Assembly: GCA_964412315.1 (NCBI GenBank)
Contig: CAYPON010000002.1
Coordinates: 1 to 37,547, forward strand
Source of the DNA: an uncultured Anaerolineae bacterium
GTDB lineage: Bacteria; Chloroflexota; Anaerolineae; JAAYEA01
Direction of reading: 5' to 3'
DNA: 37,547 nucleotides
Shown here: piece after piece, positions 23,360 to 31,489 of the stretch
How the letters are laid out: each line of letters starts with the position of its first letter
How positions within the stretch are numbered: the stretch's first letter is position 1
Notes under the pieces: model-generated
Told to the model about the DNA's origin: nothing
What the model saw: only the letters and a program-made list of their open reading frames with translations
Database searches by the model: none
Position numbers and translations under genes: made by a program

Positions 23360-25003
23360 TTACCTGTCTAATATCTCGTAAACGACCAGTCGCTCGCCTT
23401 CGCTCATCTCTGTGTGCACGAGCCGCAACTCCGCAGGGATTTGGCGTCCTTCGACCAGGAAGGCAAGCTGTTTGCGCATACTCTTGGTCTCGCGCTCATC
23501 TACGACAAAGTAGCGCGCCCCTTTGTGCCGGGCATAGCGCATGACCTGCTCGTATTCGGCGTTGGGCGTGGGCACCCAGCGCGTGTCGGCGTGGAAGGCG
23601 ATGGCCGGATAGCGGGACATGATGATGGCGTCGGGGGAAAGGCCCTGGGCGCGAAGCCACAGCCCCGTCGTCCTATGGGCCTGCCGGAAAGACCCCTGGC
23701 TGGTCGTCCTGGCCGTGCGCGGCACCATCAACAGACAAAAGCCCAGGGCGGCGATCAGCGGCAGGGCGATGAGCAAATACCTCCACCCTTTGCGCAACGG
23801 CGCGCCGCGCAAGTTCTGCACCGTGCCAGCGAGCCAGTCGCCGGCATCTCGCAAGCCAACGGCCAGCCAGATCAACAGCGTGGGCAAGAGCGCGGCAATG
23901 TACCGGTCTTGCACGAAAAAGAGCAGAAAGGAGAGGACCGGCGCCAGCGAAGCGCAGAGAAGCAGTTCCGCCTTTGTTCGGGGTTTGCTCCACGCCTCAC
24001 GCAGCAGGGCCAGGCCCAGCAGGGGAGCGAAGAAATAGGGGAACAAGCGAAGCGAAAAGAGCGAGTCCGCAAACTTGGCCGCGTTCTGGTAAACTAGCCG
24101 GGCGAAAGCGCGTGGATTGGCCCGGACGTACTCCCACATGCTGACGTTGTAGCTCTCCGGTGAGAAAAAGTACACTTCCAGCCCGCTCTTATCCAATCCC
24201 CAGGTAGCCTTGTCGAATTCCACCACATCGCCCCGGCTCAGCCCGAGGCCGGTGATGAAGGTCACGCCCGCTTTCTCGCTCACCATCCAGGAGCCGGTGT
24301 GCTTATGCACATAGGCAGCATAGGGTATAAAGAAAACGGCAAAGCCGACGAGATAAAGGGCCAGCCCCAGCACTGCCTCGCGCGTAAAAAGTCGCCGCTC
24401 CAGCAGGCGGATGAAAGCGAGGACGAGGCCGATGGCGGCCAGGTAGGCGATGGCTTCCGGACGTGTCAAATAGGCCAGGGCGAACAGCACCCCTGCTGCG
24501 CCGTAAGACCAGGGTGTGCCCTTGCCGCGCAGGGCTAAAAGGGTCGCATAAAGCCCAGTATACACAAAGAAGAAATAGGGGGGTTCAGTTAAAGTGCCCC
24601 AGTAAAGGATGGCGACGGCCAGGGGGGGAAAGAAAGCTGCCAGCAGGATGCTGAAGTAGCCCGCACGCCGGTCGTAGATTTCACGGGCAATGCCGTAGAC
24701 CGGCAGGCATAACGCTGCGCCGAAAATGATGTACCAGATGCGGCTGCTCAGGGCCATATCCCCGGTCAAAAGATAAAGCAGGCCGGTGAGGAAGGGATAG
24801 AGGGGCGCGTGGTGAACGTCGGAATAGCCGGTGAAAGAGTAGCCCTTTCCCGTGATCCAGTTTCGCCCTAGCCAGAGATAGAAAGGCTCATCTCCCCAGA
24901 TGACGCGATCCACGCTCGAGAGGAGAAAACGAAACAGCAACGAGATGGCGATCAGGAGCGCCACGATGCATAATTCGCGGCGAGGGTTCTCTTGCTCGGA
25001 CAT
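23360..25003 (-). CDS. GT-C fold glycosyltransferase, ArnT/PMT_2-like (paralogue of 19991..21745)
   Basis: 547 aa. VIWGDEPFYLWLGRNWITGKGYSFTGYSDVHHAPLYPFLTGLLY aligns with the 19991..21745 product. Shared motifs include FALAYLTRPE and YVHKHTGSW / YLHRHTGQW. Confidence 0.8.
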   Translation of the reverse strand: MSEQENPRRELCIVALLIAISLLFRFLLSSVDRVIWGDEPFYLWLGRNWITGKGYSFTGYSDVHHAPLYPFLTGLLYLLTGDMALSSRIWYIIFGAALCLPVYGIAREIYDRRAGYFSILLAAFFPPLAVAILYWGTLTEPPYFFFVYTGLYATLLALRGKGTPWSYGAAGVLFALAYLTRPEAIAYLAAIGLVLAFIRLLERRLFTREAVLGLALYLVGFAVFFIPYAAYVHKHTGSWMVSEKAGVTFITGLGLSRGDVVEFDKATWGLDKSGLEVYFFSPESYNVSMWEYVRANPRAFARLVYQNAAKFADSLFSLRLFPYFFAPLLGLALLREAWSKPRTKAELLLCASLAPVLSFLLFFVQDRYIAALLPTLLIWLAVGLRDAGDWLAGTVQNLRGAPLRKGWRYLLIALPLIAALGFCLLMVPRTARTTSQGSFRQAHRTTGLWLRAQGLSPDAIIMSRYPAIAFHADTRWVPTPNAEYEQVMRYARHKGARYFVVDERETKSMRKQLAFLVEGRQIPAELRLVHTEMSEGERLVVYEILDR

Positions 25004-25007
25004 GACC

Positions 25008-25388
25008 TCACTCCTCTTTCGACTCTGGCTCCGCCGATAGGCGTTTTTCCAACTGCTGCACTTTTTTCGTCAGGATGGCGAGGTCCTGGGCCAGGGTCTT
25101 GATCTGCTCGCTGAATTTAGAGATGCTTATGGAGAATTGAAACAAAATGAACAGCACGCCCAGGAAAGCGATCAAAAACATCAGAGCGGGGGGATACTCG
25201 ACTCCCACTGCATAGGAGATAACATCCAAAAGATCAACAGCGAGCGAAGCGATCACCAGCACAATCGCCGTTAGCAGCCATAGCAAGGCGTACTCCTCCT
25301 TTAGCTTCTTGGTGCGCACCAGATTGATGACGAAGAGCAGAGTCGCCACGCTCAAAATGACAACGAGTATCCTCGCCCGAAAGAGCAT
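25008..25388 (-). CDS. DUF2304-like small membrane protein (3 TM helices + C-terminal coiled-coil)
   Basis: MLFRARILVVILSVATLLFVINLVRTKKLKEEYALLWLL... matches my memory of the DUF2304 family that accompanies GT2 genes. ATG 25388 is preceded by AGGAGG with a 6-nt spacer. The track's longer start (25460) would overlap the upstream gene and adds a non-hydrophobic Arg-rich extension. Confidence 0.7.
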   Translation of the reverse strand: MLFRARILVVILSVATLLFVINLVRTKKLKEEYALLWLLTAIVLVIASLAVDLLDVISYAVGVEYPPALMFLIAFLGVLFILFQFSISISKFSEQIKTLAQDLAILTKKVQQLEKRLSAEPESKEE

Positions 25389-25413
25389 GTTTTGCCTCCT
25401 GGAGCCGCACCTC

Positions 25414-26268
25414 TCACGAGTGCGCCTTCCAATCCGCCAAAACCTGGCGCAGCGGTGCAAAGGAAAAAGCCTGCAACAGCCGTTCCAACTTACCTAGCGC
25501 GCCCCCGATGTTGCTATAGGTCACTGCCTGGGACACCCAGGGGAGCTTGCGCAGTCGAGGGGTTCCGGAGTAGGTCTCCCAGGGGTGCAGGTAAATGACG
25601 AAAGGCCATCCCCTCGCGTTGATCCGCTGCAAAAGGGCGCGTATAACGACAAAAGGCAACGCCCGCAGATAAAAGCCGCCGCACACGGGCATTTTCCATC
25701 TGCCGAGACGATAAACGGACATTGGGAATTCCCAAAGTGCCCCTTGTGGGTCAGGACGGGTCACATCGCTGTCCCCCAACAGATAAGGCGTCGGCGGGCA
25801 ATCCGCCACGCCGTACATATAATTGCGCAGCGGGAAAATGCTGGAATCGTATTGATAGCTGAACTCACGCAGGATCGGAACCGCCCACCGTGTATCGTTG
25901 TTCAGGGAAAAAGTCGGCGCACGGAAGCCCACGATGTCATCTACAGAGAGAGAGGCCATCAACCCGGCATAACGCCGCAACTCGGCACGCAGCTCGTCCG
26001 CTTGCAGAGCCTCCAGCGGCCGGTGGGACATGCCATGACAGCCGATTTCATGGCCTGCTTCGGCGATCTCGTGCACCAACTCTGGAGCCGATTGCGCCAC
26101 TTCCCCGACGATGAAAAAAGTTGCCCGTACCCCGTAGCGATCCAGGAGGCGCAAGATAGGCCGGGCCGCGGCTTCGATTTGCGGCCTGGCCTCTCCTGGC
26201 GCGACATGACCGCGCACCAATTCAGGATGGTACCATTCTTCCAGGTCCACCGACAAAGCGTTAAGCAT
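25414..26268 (-). CDS. Polysaccharide deacetylase (CE4/NodB fold) of the DUF3473-containing subfamily
   Basis: MLNALSVDLEEWYHPEL.., RATFFIVGEVA, EIGCHGMSH (H-x3-H motif), and a C-terminal region typical of DUF3473-type deacetylases. ATG 26268 gives an 8-nt overlap (ATGCTTAA) with the upstream GT2 stop. Confidence 0.85.
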   Translation of the reverse strand: MLNALSVDLEEWYHPELVRGHVAPGEARPQIEAAARPILRLLDRYGVRATFFIVGEVAQSAPELVHEIAEAGHEIGCHGMSHRPLEALQADELRAELRRYAGLMASLSVDDIVGFRAPTFSLNNDTRWAVPILREFSYQYDSSIFPLRNYMYGVADCPPTPYLLGDSDVTRPDPQGALWEFPMSVYRLGRWKMPVCGGFYLRALPFVVIRALLQRINARGWPFVIYLHPWETYSGTPRLRKLPWVSQAVTYSNIGGALGKLERLLQAFSFAPLRQVLADWKAHS

Positions 26269-27043
26269 TCGTTCCGACCTTCGGCAAACCCGGCTTCGTC
26301 TGATCGAACCGCTTGGCATTAAGATGAGTTCTCTGCCGCAGAAGGACGATAAAAATGGACAAAAGCATCTTGACCACGTAATAGATCGGCCGCAGGCTGG
26401 CGTGCATACTTTGCCCGCTCAGGCGCTCGCGCATGGTCACTGGCACTTCGCGCACTCGAAAGCCGGTGAAGAAAAGAAGCATGAGCAAATCCGCATCAGG
26501 AAAATCGGAGGGATAATTGTCGCGGGCCAGGAAGCGCAGGACATTGGCGTTCAACGCCTGGAAACCGGAAGTTGGATCGGTGATCCGCTGTTTCATGACC
26601 CAAGAGACGATCTCCGCGAAGAAAAACGCCCCCGCCCGTCGCAGCCACGACGCGCGGTATTCCATGCGCCCCAGGAAGCGCGATCCCAAAGCCACATCCG
26701 CTTGTTGGCTTTCCACCATCTCCAAGAGGGCCGCGATGCCGGAAGGATCATGCTGGCCATCCGCGTCCATCAGGATGGCGGTATCGTAGCCATTCTCGAC
26801 AGCGTACTTGAAACCTGTCTGCACCGCACCCCCGTAGCCGAGATTGCAGGGCAGGCTGACCACCTCCGCGCCCATCTCGGCGGCCAGAGACGCCGTGTTG
26901 TCGGTCGAACGATCATCAACCACCAGGATGTCGGCGCCTTGGGAGAGCGGTTTTAGCTCGGCCAAAACCGGCCCGATATTTCGCGCCTCATTGTGGGCGG
27001 GCATGATGATCAGCCGTTTGCGTGCAGGCTCTCTGTTCGGCAT
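26261..27043 (-). CDS. Glycosyltransferase family 2 (DPM1/GtrB/ArnC-like)
   Basis: RLIIMPAHNEARNI, LVVDDRSTDNT, LMDADGQHDP (DxD), ITDPTSGFQAL. Confidence 0.85.
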   Translation of the reverse strand: MPNREPARKRLIIMPAHNEARNIGPVLAELKPLSQGADILVVDDRSTDNTASLAAEMGAEVVSLPCNLGYGGAVQTGFKYAVENGYDTAILMDADGQHDPSGIAALLEMVESQQADVALGSRFLGRMEYRASWLRRAGAFFFAEIVSWVMKQRITDPTSGFQALNANVLRFLARDNYPSDFPDADLLMLLFFTGFRVREVPVTMRERLSGQSMHASLRPIYYVVKMLLSIFIVLLRQRTHLNAKRFDQTKPGLPKVGTNA

Positions 27044-27057
27044 GGTTTTTGCCTTTC

Positions 27058-27756
27058 CTAGTATCCGAACCGCAGGCTGAGCACGGTGCGCGTATAGGCC
27101 AAGATCATGCGCAGAAGGCGCGACTTACTTTGACCGTGGCGGCGCAACACGTAAAATACTGGCACTTCCAACATGCTATATCCTTCGCGCCAGGCCAGGA
27201 AAAGCAGGCGCATGAACCATTCGCCGTATCCGTAAAAGATGCGATCCAAATCCATGCGCAGCAGCTTGTCACGGCGCATGGAGAAAAAGCCGCTCAGGTT
27301 GTCCTGGATTTGGGTCCTGAGCACAAGCCGCACGAGTACATTATACAGGAAGCTCAAGTAATACCGCAAGTTGTCCTCCATGCCGCCACCCATGGTGAAA
27401 CGCGAGCCGATGATCATGTCATAATACTCGAGGAATCTGACCATTTGCGGCAGCATCTTGGGATCATGGTTGAAATCGGTGTCCATCACGACGACAATAT
27501 CTCCGTTAGAGTGCAGAATCCCGTATTTGATAGCCGTGCCTAGCCCTTTCTCCTGGGTGCGCACATGGAGTTGCAGGCGGGGGTCGGTTCGGGCACGCTC
27601 CCGGACTAGCCCAGCCGTTCCGTCGGGGCTGTTGTCGTCTACCGCGACCAATTCATGCTCGATCTTCGCCACCGTCAAATAGTCCTCGGCGGCCTCGATC
27701 AGAGAGATGATATTCTTTGCTTCATTATAAGTTGGCAAAATGACAGAAACCTTCAT
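27058..27756 (-). CDS. Glycosyltransferase family 2, polyprenyl-phosphate sugar synthase-like (DPM1/CsbB/GtrB-like)
   Basis: VSVILPTYNEAKNI, VAVDDNSPDGT, VVMDTDFNHDP (DxD), IQDNLSGFFSM. The start overlaps the YfhO-like gene end by 32 nt. Confidence 0.85.
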   Translation of the reverse strand: MKVSVILPTYNEAKNIISLIEAAEDYLTVAKIEHELVAVDDNSPDGTAGLVRERARTDPRLQLHVRTQEKGLGTAIKYGILHSNGDIVVVMDTDFNHDPKMLPQMVRFLEYYDMIIGSRFTMGGGMEDNLRYYLSFLYNVLVRLVLRTQIQDNLSGFFSMRRDKLLRMDLDRIFYGYGEWFMRLLFLAWREGYSMLEVPVFYVLRRHGQSKSRLLRMILAYTRTVLSLRFGY

Positions 27757-30199
27757 GCGCGATTCTCCTCAGTAGTGTCGGTAGATCACAGGTTTGCATC
27801 ACGACGACGGCCAGGAGTGTTAGACTGGTTATCCCATATCCCAACCAGACGTACCAGGGCTTTTCGTAGCGGAAGAGCAGGTTATGTTTCCCCGCTTCCA
27901 GGCGTGCGCCGAGAAAGGCATAGTTGACCCGCCAGACGCGCTCCTCCCGGCCATCCACATAGAGATGCCAATTCGGATACCAGGCTTCGCTCACCATCAG
28001 GACTGCTGGCTCGGCTGTCTCCACGGAAATCTCGATTCTCTCCGGCCCCGGACGCCTCCAGGTGACAGACGCTGAGGCTGCACCATTCCGCTCGCTGCTC
28101 CACGTCGGCGCCAATCTGATCACCTCAGCGTGCTTTATCACTCCGCCGGGCACCACTCGCTCTATTTCGGCGGCCCAAGTCGGGTCACGGCACCACGGCT
28201 CTCGCACAATGACCCGCTCGAACTGCACGATCTCCTCCCGGCTATAGCCGTCGGCGTAATCCGAAGGCCCGGCCACGAGCGCCACGTCCTGCGCCACCAA
28301 GGCCGGCAGGATGTCCAAAGCCCTGTACTCCGGATCGCCCAAATAGAGGGCGCTTTCCTGGTAAACGCGGACAAACGGTTGCCAGTTGGGATTTTCCCAA
28401 ATGGAGAGGCTTGCCGAATCCCACGCTTTCTGGGCATAACCTCGCGCCAATATCTCCTGAAGCTGGACATCCTGCTTCCTGTAGGGCCGCGCCACGATGT
28501 AACGCACGCTGCCCAACTCCAGGGCAGTGGGCACATCTCCCCAACTGTGGAGCGCCCACATGTGACGCGGCGCGCCGTTGTCGTAATATCCCCAAAGGTG
28601 TGCGCCTCCGTCATATTGGAGGGCGTAGCTTCGCAGGTAATTATCCCGGTGCGCTGTCGTGTATTCCCAACTGCGAAAACCGGTCCCTTGAGCTGCCATC
28701 CACCGATAGGCTTCTATCTCATCCTCGGGGAAATAACCGGGCAAGGTCACCAAGGCCTTCGTCGCCGGCAGATAGTCAAGAAAGAGCAAAGCTGCGATGA
28801 CAACTGTTATGCCCCAGGTGTATAATGGTGATTTGGCAAGTCGTTCACCCTGCCAACGGAGCAGCCCTTGCGTCCCCCAACCCACGAGCATCGAGAGAAA
28901 AAAGCCGACAAAGATCAGGCCACGGAATGCGGCCAGCCGTCCCAGGAAGGGCAGGCGGGGGAAGGGGTTCCAGGGCAACCAGCTTCCCATCACAAACAGT
29001 AGTGACAGGCCCAGCAAAACCAGCGTGATCCTGGTTCGCGCATCCTGGCGCGCGTGCCACATGCCCGACAGAGCCAGCCCTAACGCCACCAGGCCGGGAT
29101 ACCAGGCGATAGACCAAAACGCGCTGCCAATGACGGGCATTCGGGGCAATGCGTAGTCCGCCCCCAACCGCTTGACAATGGCCCGCCATATCAGAGTTGG
29201 CGGCAGGGCATAATCCCGCAGCAGTTCCGCGCTCTGGAAAGAGGCGGCTCCATGTTTCAGATAAATGCCCACATATTCTAGCTCGATGATGCCTGGCAAT
29301 ACAAAGAAAGCCGCTAGCCCCACAGCCACAAGGCCAGCGATGGCCCAAAAGCCGAGCAGCGAACGCCAGGTGTACCTGCGTTGCCACAGCAGCGACGCAT
29401 CCCTCAGGATAACGTATAAGCCCCAAAAAGGTGCGGTCAAGAGCGTGTGCTCGCTGTTGACGATGGGAAGAAGGCCAAGCAACAGCCCGAGGTAGAGGCC
29501 ATCCCGTGCCCGTAACCCTGAAGCTTGGCTACTCCTGAGGCCCTTCAATCCTTCCTGTGTTGTCATCCTAGACGGAGCGAGATTCTTCGCTTCGCTCAGA
29601 ATGACATCCGGGTGACGTCTGCTCGGAATGACATCCGGGTGGCGCCTGCTCCGCTCATAGACTAGAAAGAGCAAAGGTAGAAGTGCCCAAAAGAGAGCAT
29701 GTGCCCACGCTTCGGCAGCTCCGTGGAGATGAAAGGGAAATAGCGCATAGGCCAGGGCTGCGATGAGGGACGGCGCGCGTTCCTGGTTTAGCTCATAAAC
29801 AAATTCATAAAAGGTGATGGCGGAGAGGACGAAAGCAGCGATGAAAGTGACCTTGAAGAGCCATTCCAGCGAGGCATTGGTGATGATCGAAAGCAAGGCC
29901 AGGGCGTCGTACAACGGGTAGGACAAATACCTCACCAGGGGGAAACCCGCGAACTCGTACTGGCTCCATTCCGTCAGCAAGCCACCTTCCAGGATCCGTT
30001 GCTTAGCCATCCAGATGATGCCCAGCTCCGGCACCATCTCCAGACGAGGGCTGGCCAAACAGCCCGGCCCTAGCCAGCCCCGCAAGGCAAAAGCTACGAG
30101 AAGCGCGAGGAGGCCCCAGTCCCATGGCCTCCGCCACGCGAACATACTCGCCCTTGCCCTGGCCAGACGTTTTGCCAAAGGCACTGTTTCAGACCTCAC
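27725..30199 (-). CDS. YfhO-like GT-C polytopic membrane protein
   Basis: 824 aa with many TM helices in the N-terminal 500 aa. A large extracytoplasmic domain ends VSEAWYPNWHLYVDGREERVWRVNYAFLGARLEAGKHNLLFRYEKPWYVWLGYGITSLTLLAVVV (the YfhO-type C-terminal pattern plus a terminal TM). The start is GTG 30199 or GTG 30184. It carries an in-frame repeat element at 29562..29650. Confidence 0.7.
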   Translation of the reverse strand: MRSETVPLAKRLARARASMFAWRRPWDWGLLALLVAFALRGWLGPGCLASPRLEMVPELGIIWMAKQRILEGGLLTEWSQYEFAGFPLVRYLSYPLYDALALLSIITNASLEWLFKVTFIAAFVLSAITFYEFVYELNQERAPSLIAALAYALFPFHLHGAAEAWAHALFWALLPLLFLVYERSRRHPDVIPSRRHPDVILSEAKNLAPSRMTTQEGLKGLRSSQASGLRARDGLYLGLLLGLLPIVNSEHTLLTAPFWGLYVILRDASLLWQRRYTWRSLLGFWAIAGLVAVGLAAFFVLPGIIELEYVGIYLKHGAASFQSAELLRDYALPPTLIWRAIVKRLGADYALPRMPVIGSAFWSIAWYPGLVALGLALSGMWHARQDARTRITLVLLGLSLLFVMGSWLPWNPFPRLPFLGRLAAFRGLIFVGFFLSMLVGWGTQGLLRWQGERLAKSPLYTWGITVVIAALLFLDYLPATKALVTLPGYFPEDEIEAYRWMAAQGTGFRSWEYTTAHRDNYLRSYALQYDGGAHLWGYYDNGAPRHMWALHSWGDVPTALELGSVRYIVARPYRKQDVQLQEILARGYAQKAWDSASLSIWENPNWQPFVRVYQESALYLGDPEYRALDILPALVAQDVALVAGPSDYADGYSREEIVQFERVIVREPWCRDPTWAAEIERVVPGGVIKHAEVIRLAPTWSSERNGAASASVTWRRPGPERIEISVETAEPAVLMVSEAWYPNWHLYVDGREERVWRVNYAFLGARLEAGKHNLLFRYEKPWYVWLGYGITSLTLLAVVVMQTCDLPTLLRRIAHEGFCHFANL
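29562..29650. repeat. Composite repeat (family C) in frame in the YfhO-like gene: imperfect hairpin plus 27-nt tandem duplication
   Basis: The hairpin is gtcatcctagacggagcgag-attc-ttcgcttcgctcagaatgac (29562..29605). The tandem units are 29597..29623 and 29624..29650, with 24/27 identical. Encoded peptide: SRRHPDVIPSRRHPDVILSEAKNLAPSRMTT. The SEAKNL/SRMT-type peptide is one I recall as a recurrent translation of a dispersed bacterial hairpin repeat. Confidence 0.7.
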
Positions 30200-30839
30200 T
30201 CTCTGTCAGGCTGAGTGGGGCTGATGAGCCGCCTGGCTTCATCTGGGCCTGCGCGAGGGGCAAGTAATACAGGTTCATCTTGCGGCCATACAGTTCAAAG
30301 CCCCCCACAATTTGGAAGCCGTAGTTAACATAAAAGGCATTGGCTGCGGAGTTCGCCGCGTCCACTGTGACTTTGAAGGCGATAGCCCCCCGCCGGCGGC
30401 TCTCTTCGCTTAAAGCGTCGAGCAACTGGGTGCCGATGCGTCGGCGCCGCGACTGGTCTCTGACGCCGATAAAGAGAAGCTCCGCTTCCCCAGGCTCGAT
30501 ATCTAGCTTGTCGGGATAAAAAAACGTTTGCAACACCTTGGCCAGAAGCGAAGGATGCCGGATCAACCGACAGAGCGTGGGTAGGGCCAGGTGTGCCCCC
30601 TCTCTGGTCATAAGCTCCCTGAACAGCGCATGGGTGTCATTGGTGCCTATGGCCACGCCCAAAGCATCGTCCCCTTCCATGGCGACATAGCCATAGCCCC
30701 ATTTGGAATCGCTAAGCCCGGCATAGAAGGCCGTGAGAAAGCCCTCGCCCAGAGTCGTGAGAAACGTCCCCGGTTGCCCTTCTATGTGCAACAGCGCCGC
30801 CGCGCGCGCGTCCTCTCGCTGTACCTTGCGGATTTCCAT
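30189..30839 (-). CDS. GNAT-family N-acetyltransferase (copy 2 of a tandem pair)
   Basis: 216 aa. Acetyl-CoA motif A-like VRDQSRRRRIGTQLLDAL. Alignable end to end with the 30848..31489 product (MEIRKVQREDARAAALLHIEGQPGTFLT.. vs MEIREIRREDCRGAAQVHMEGQPGTFLT..). Confidence 0.75.
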   Translation of the reverse strand: MEIRKVQREDARAAALLHIEGQPGTFLTTLGEGFLTAFYAGLSDSKWGYGYVAMEGDDALGVAIGTNDTHALFRELMTREGAHLALPTLCRLIRHPSLLAKVLQTFFYPDKLDIEPGEAELLFIGVRDQSRRRRIGTQLLDALSEESRRRGAIAFKVTVDAANSAANAFYVNYGFQIVGGFELYGRKMNLYYLPLAQAQMKPGGSSAPLSLTESEV

Positions 30840-30847
30840 TGATGACT

Positions 30848-31489
30848 CTATCCCCTTTGGGTCTCATTCTTTGCTTGGCTCACCGAGTCGGCCTTGCTTT
30901 CCTGGTAAGGGTAGGAATACAGGTTCATCTTTCTTCCGTACAGGTCAAAGGTCTTGATCAGGCGAAAGGGCCTTTTGACATGCATGGCATTGGATACCGG
31001 GTTAGCCGCATCCACTGTGGACAGGAGAGCAGTGGCTCCTCGCCGGCGCGTATCCTCGATGAGCGTGTCCAGCAATTGGCTGCCGATGCGCTGACGCCGC
31101 GCCTTGGCGCTGACGCCCATAAAGAGAAACTCGGCCTCCCCGGGCTGTTCACCCAGCTTATTGGGGTAGAAGAGGGTCTGGAGGATTTTGATGATAAGGG
31201 AAGGGTCTTTGAGCACCTGGCGCAGCACAGGGAAGAACAGGCGAGGCCCTTGTTTGAGGATGAACTCTTTGAACATCGTGTGCGTGTCGGTAGTGGCAGT
31301 GACCACTCCCAAAACCTCGTCTCCTTCGACGGCGACAAAACCATAGCCCCACGAGGAATCAGCCAGCACGCGATAAAAAGTCGTGAGGAACGTTTCGCCC
31401 AAGGAGGTGAGAAAAGTCCCCGGCTGCCCCTCCATGTGCACCTGCGCTGCCCCGCGGCAATCTTCTCGTCGTATCTCGCGTATCTCCAC
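30848..31489 (-). CDS. GNAT-family N-acetyltransferase (copy 1 of a tandem pair)
   Basis: 213 aa. Motif A-like VSAKARRQRIGSQLLDTL. GTG start directly abutting the aminotransferase stop. Confidence 0.75.
   Translation of the reverse strand: MEIREIRREDCRGAAQVHMEGQPGTFLTSLGETFLTTFYRVLADSSWGYGFVAVEGDEVLGVVTATTDTHTMFKEFILKQGPRLFFPVLRQVLKDPSLIIKILQTLFYPNKLGEQPGEAEFLFMGVSAKARRQRIGSQLLDTLIEDTRRRGATALLSTVDAANPVSNAMHVKRPFRLIKTFDLYGRKMNLYSYPYQESKADSVSQAKNETQRG

Noticed and set aside
25389-25460. Longer starts for the DUF2304 gene (25460) and the deacetylase gene (26319).
   Set aside because: Both extensions are Arg-rich, overlap the upstream genes and precede much better starts: AGGAGG-N6-ATG at 25388, and ATG 26268 giving the conserved MLNALSVDLEEW N-terminus.
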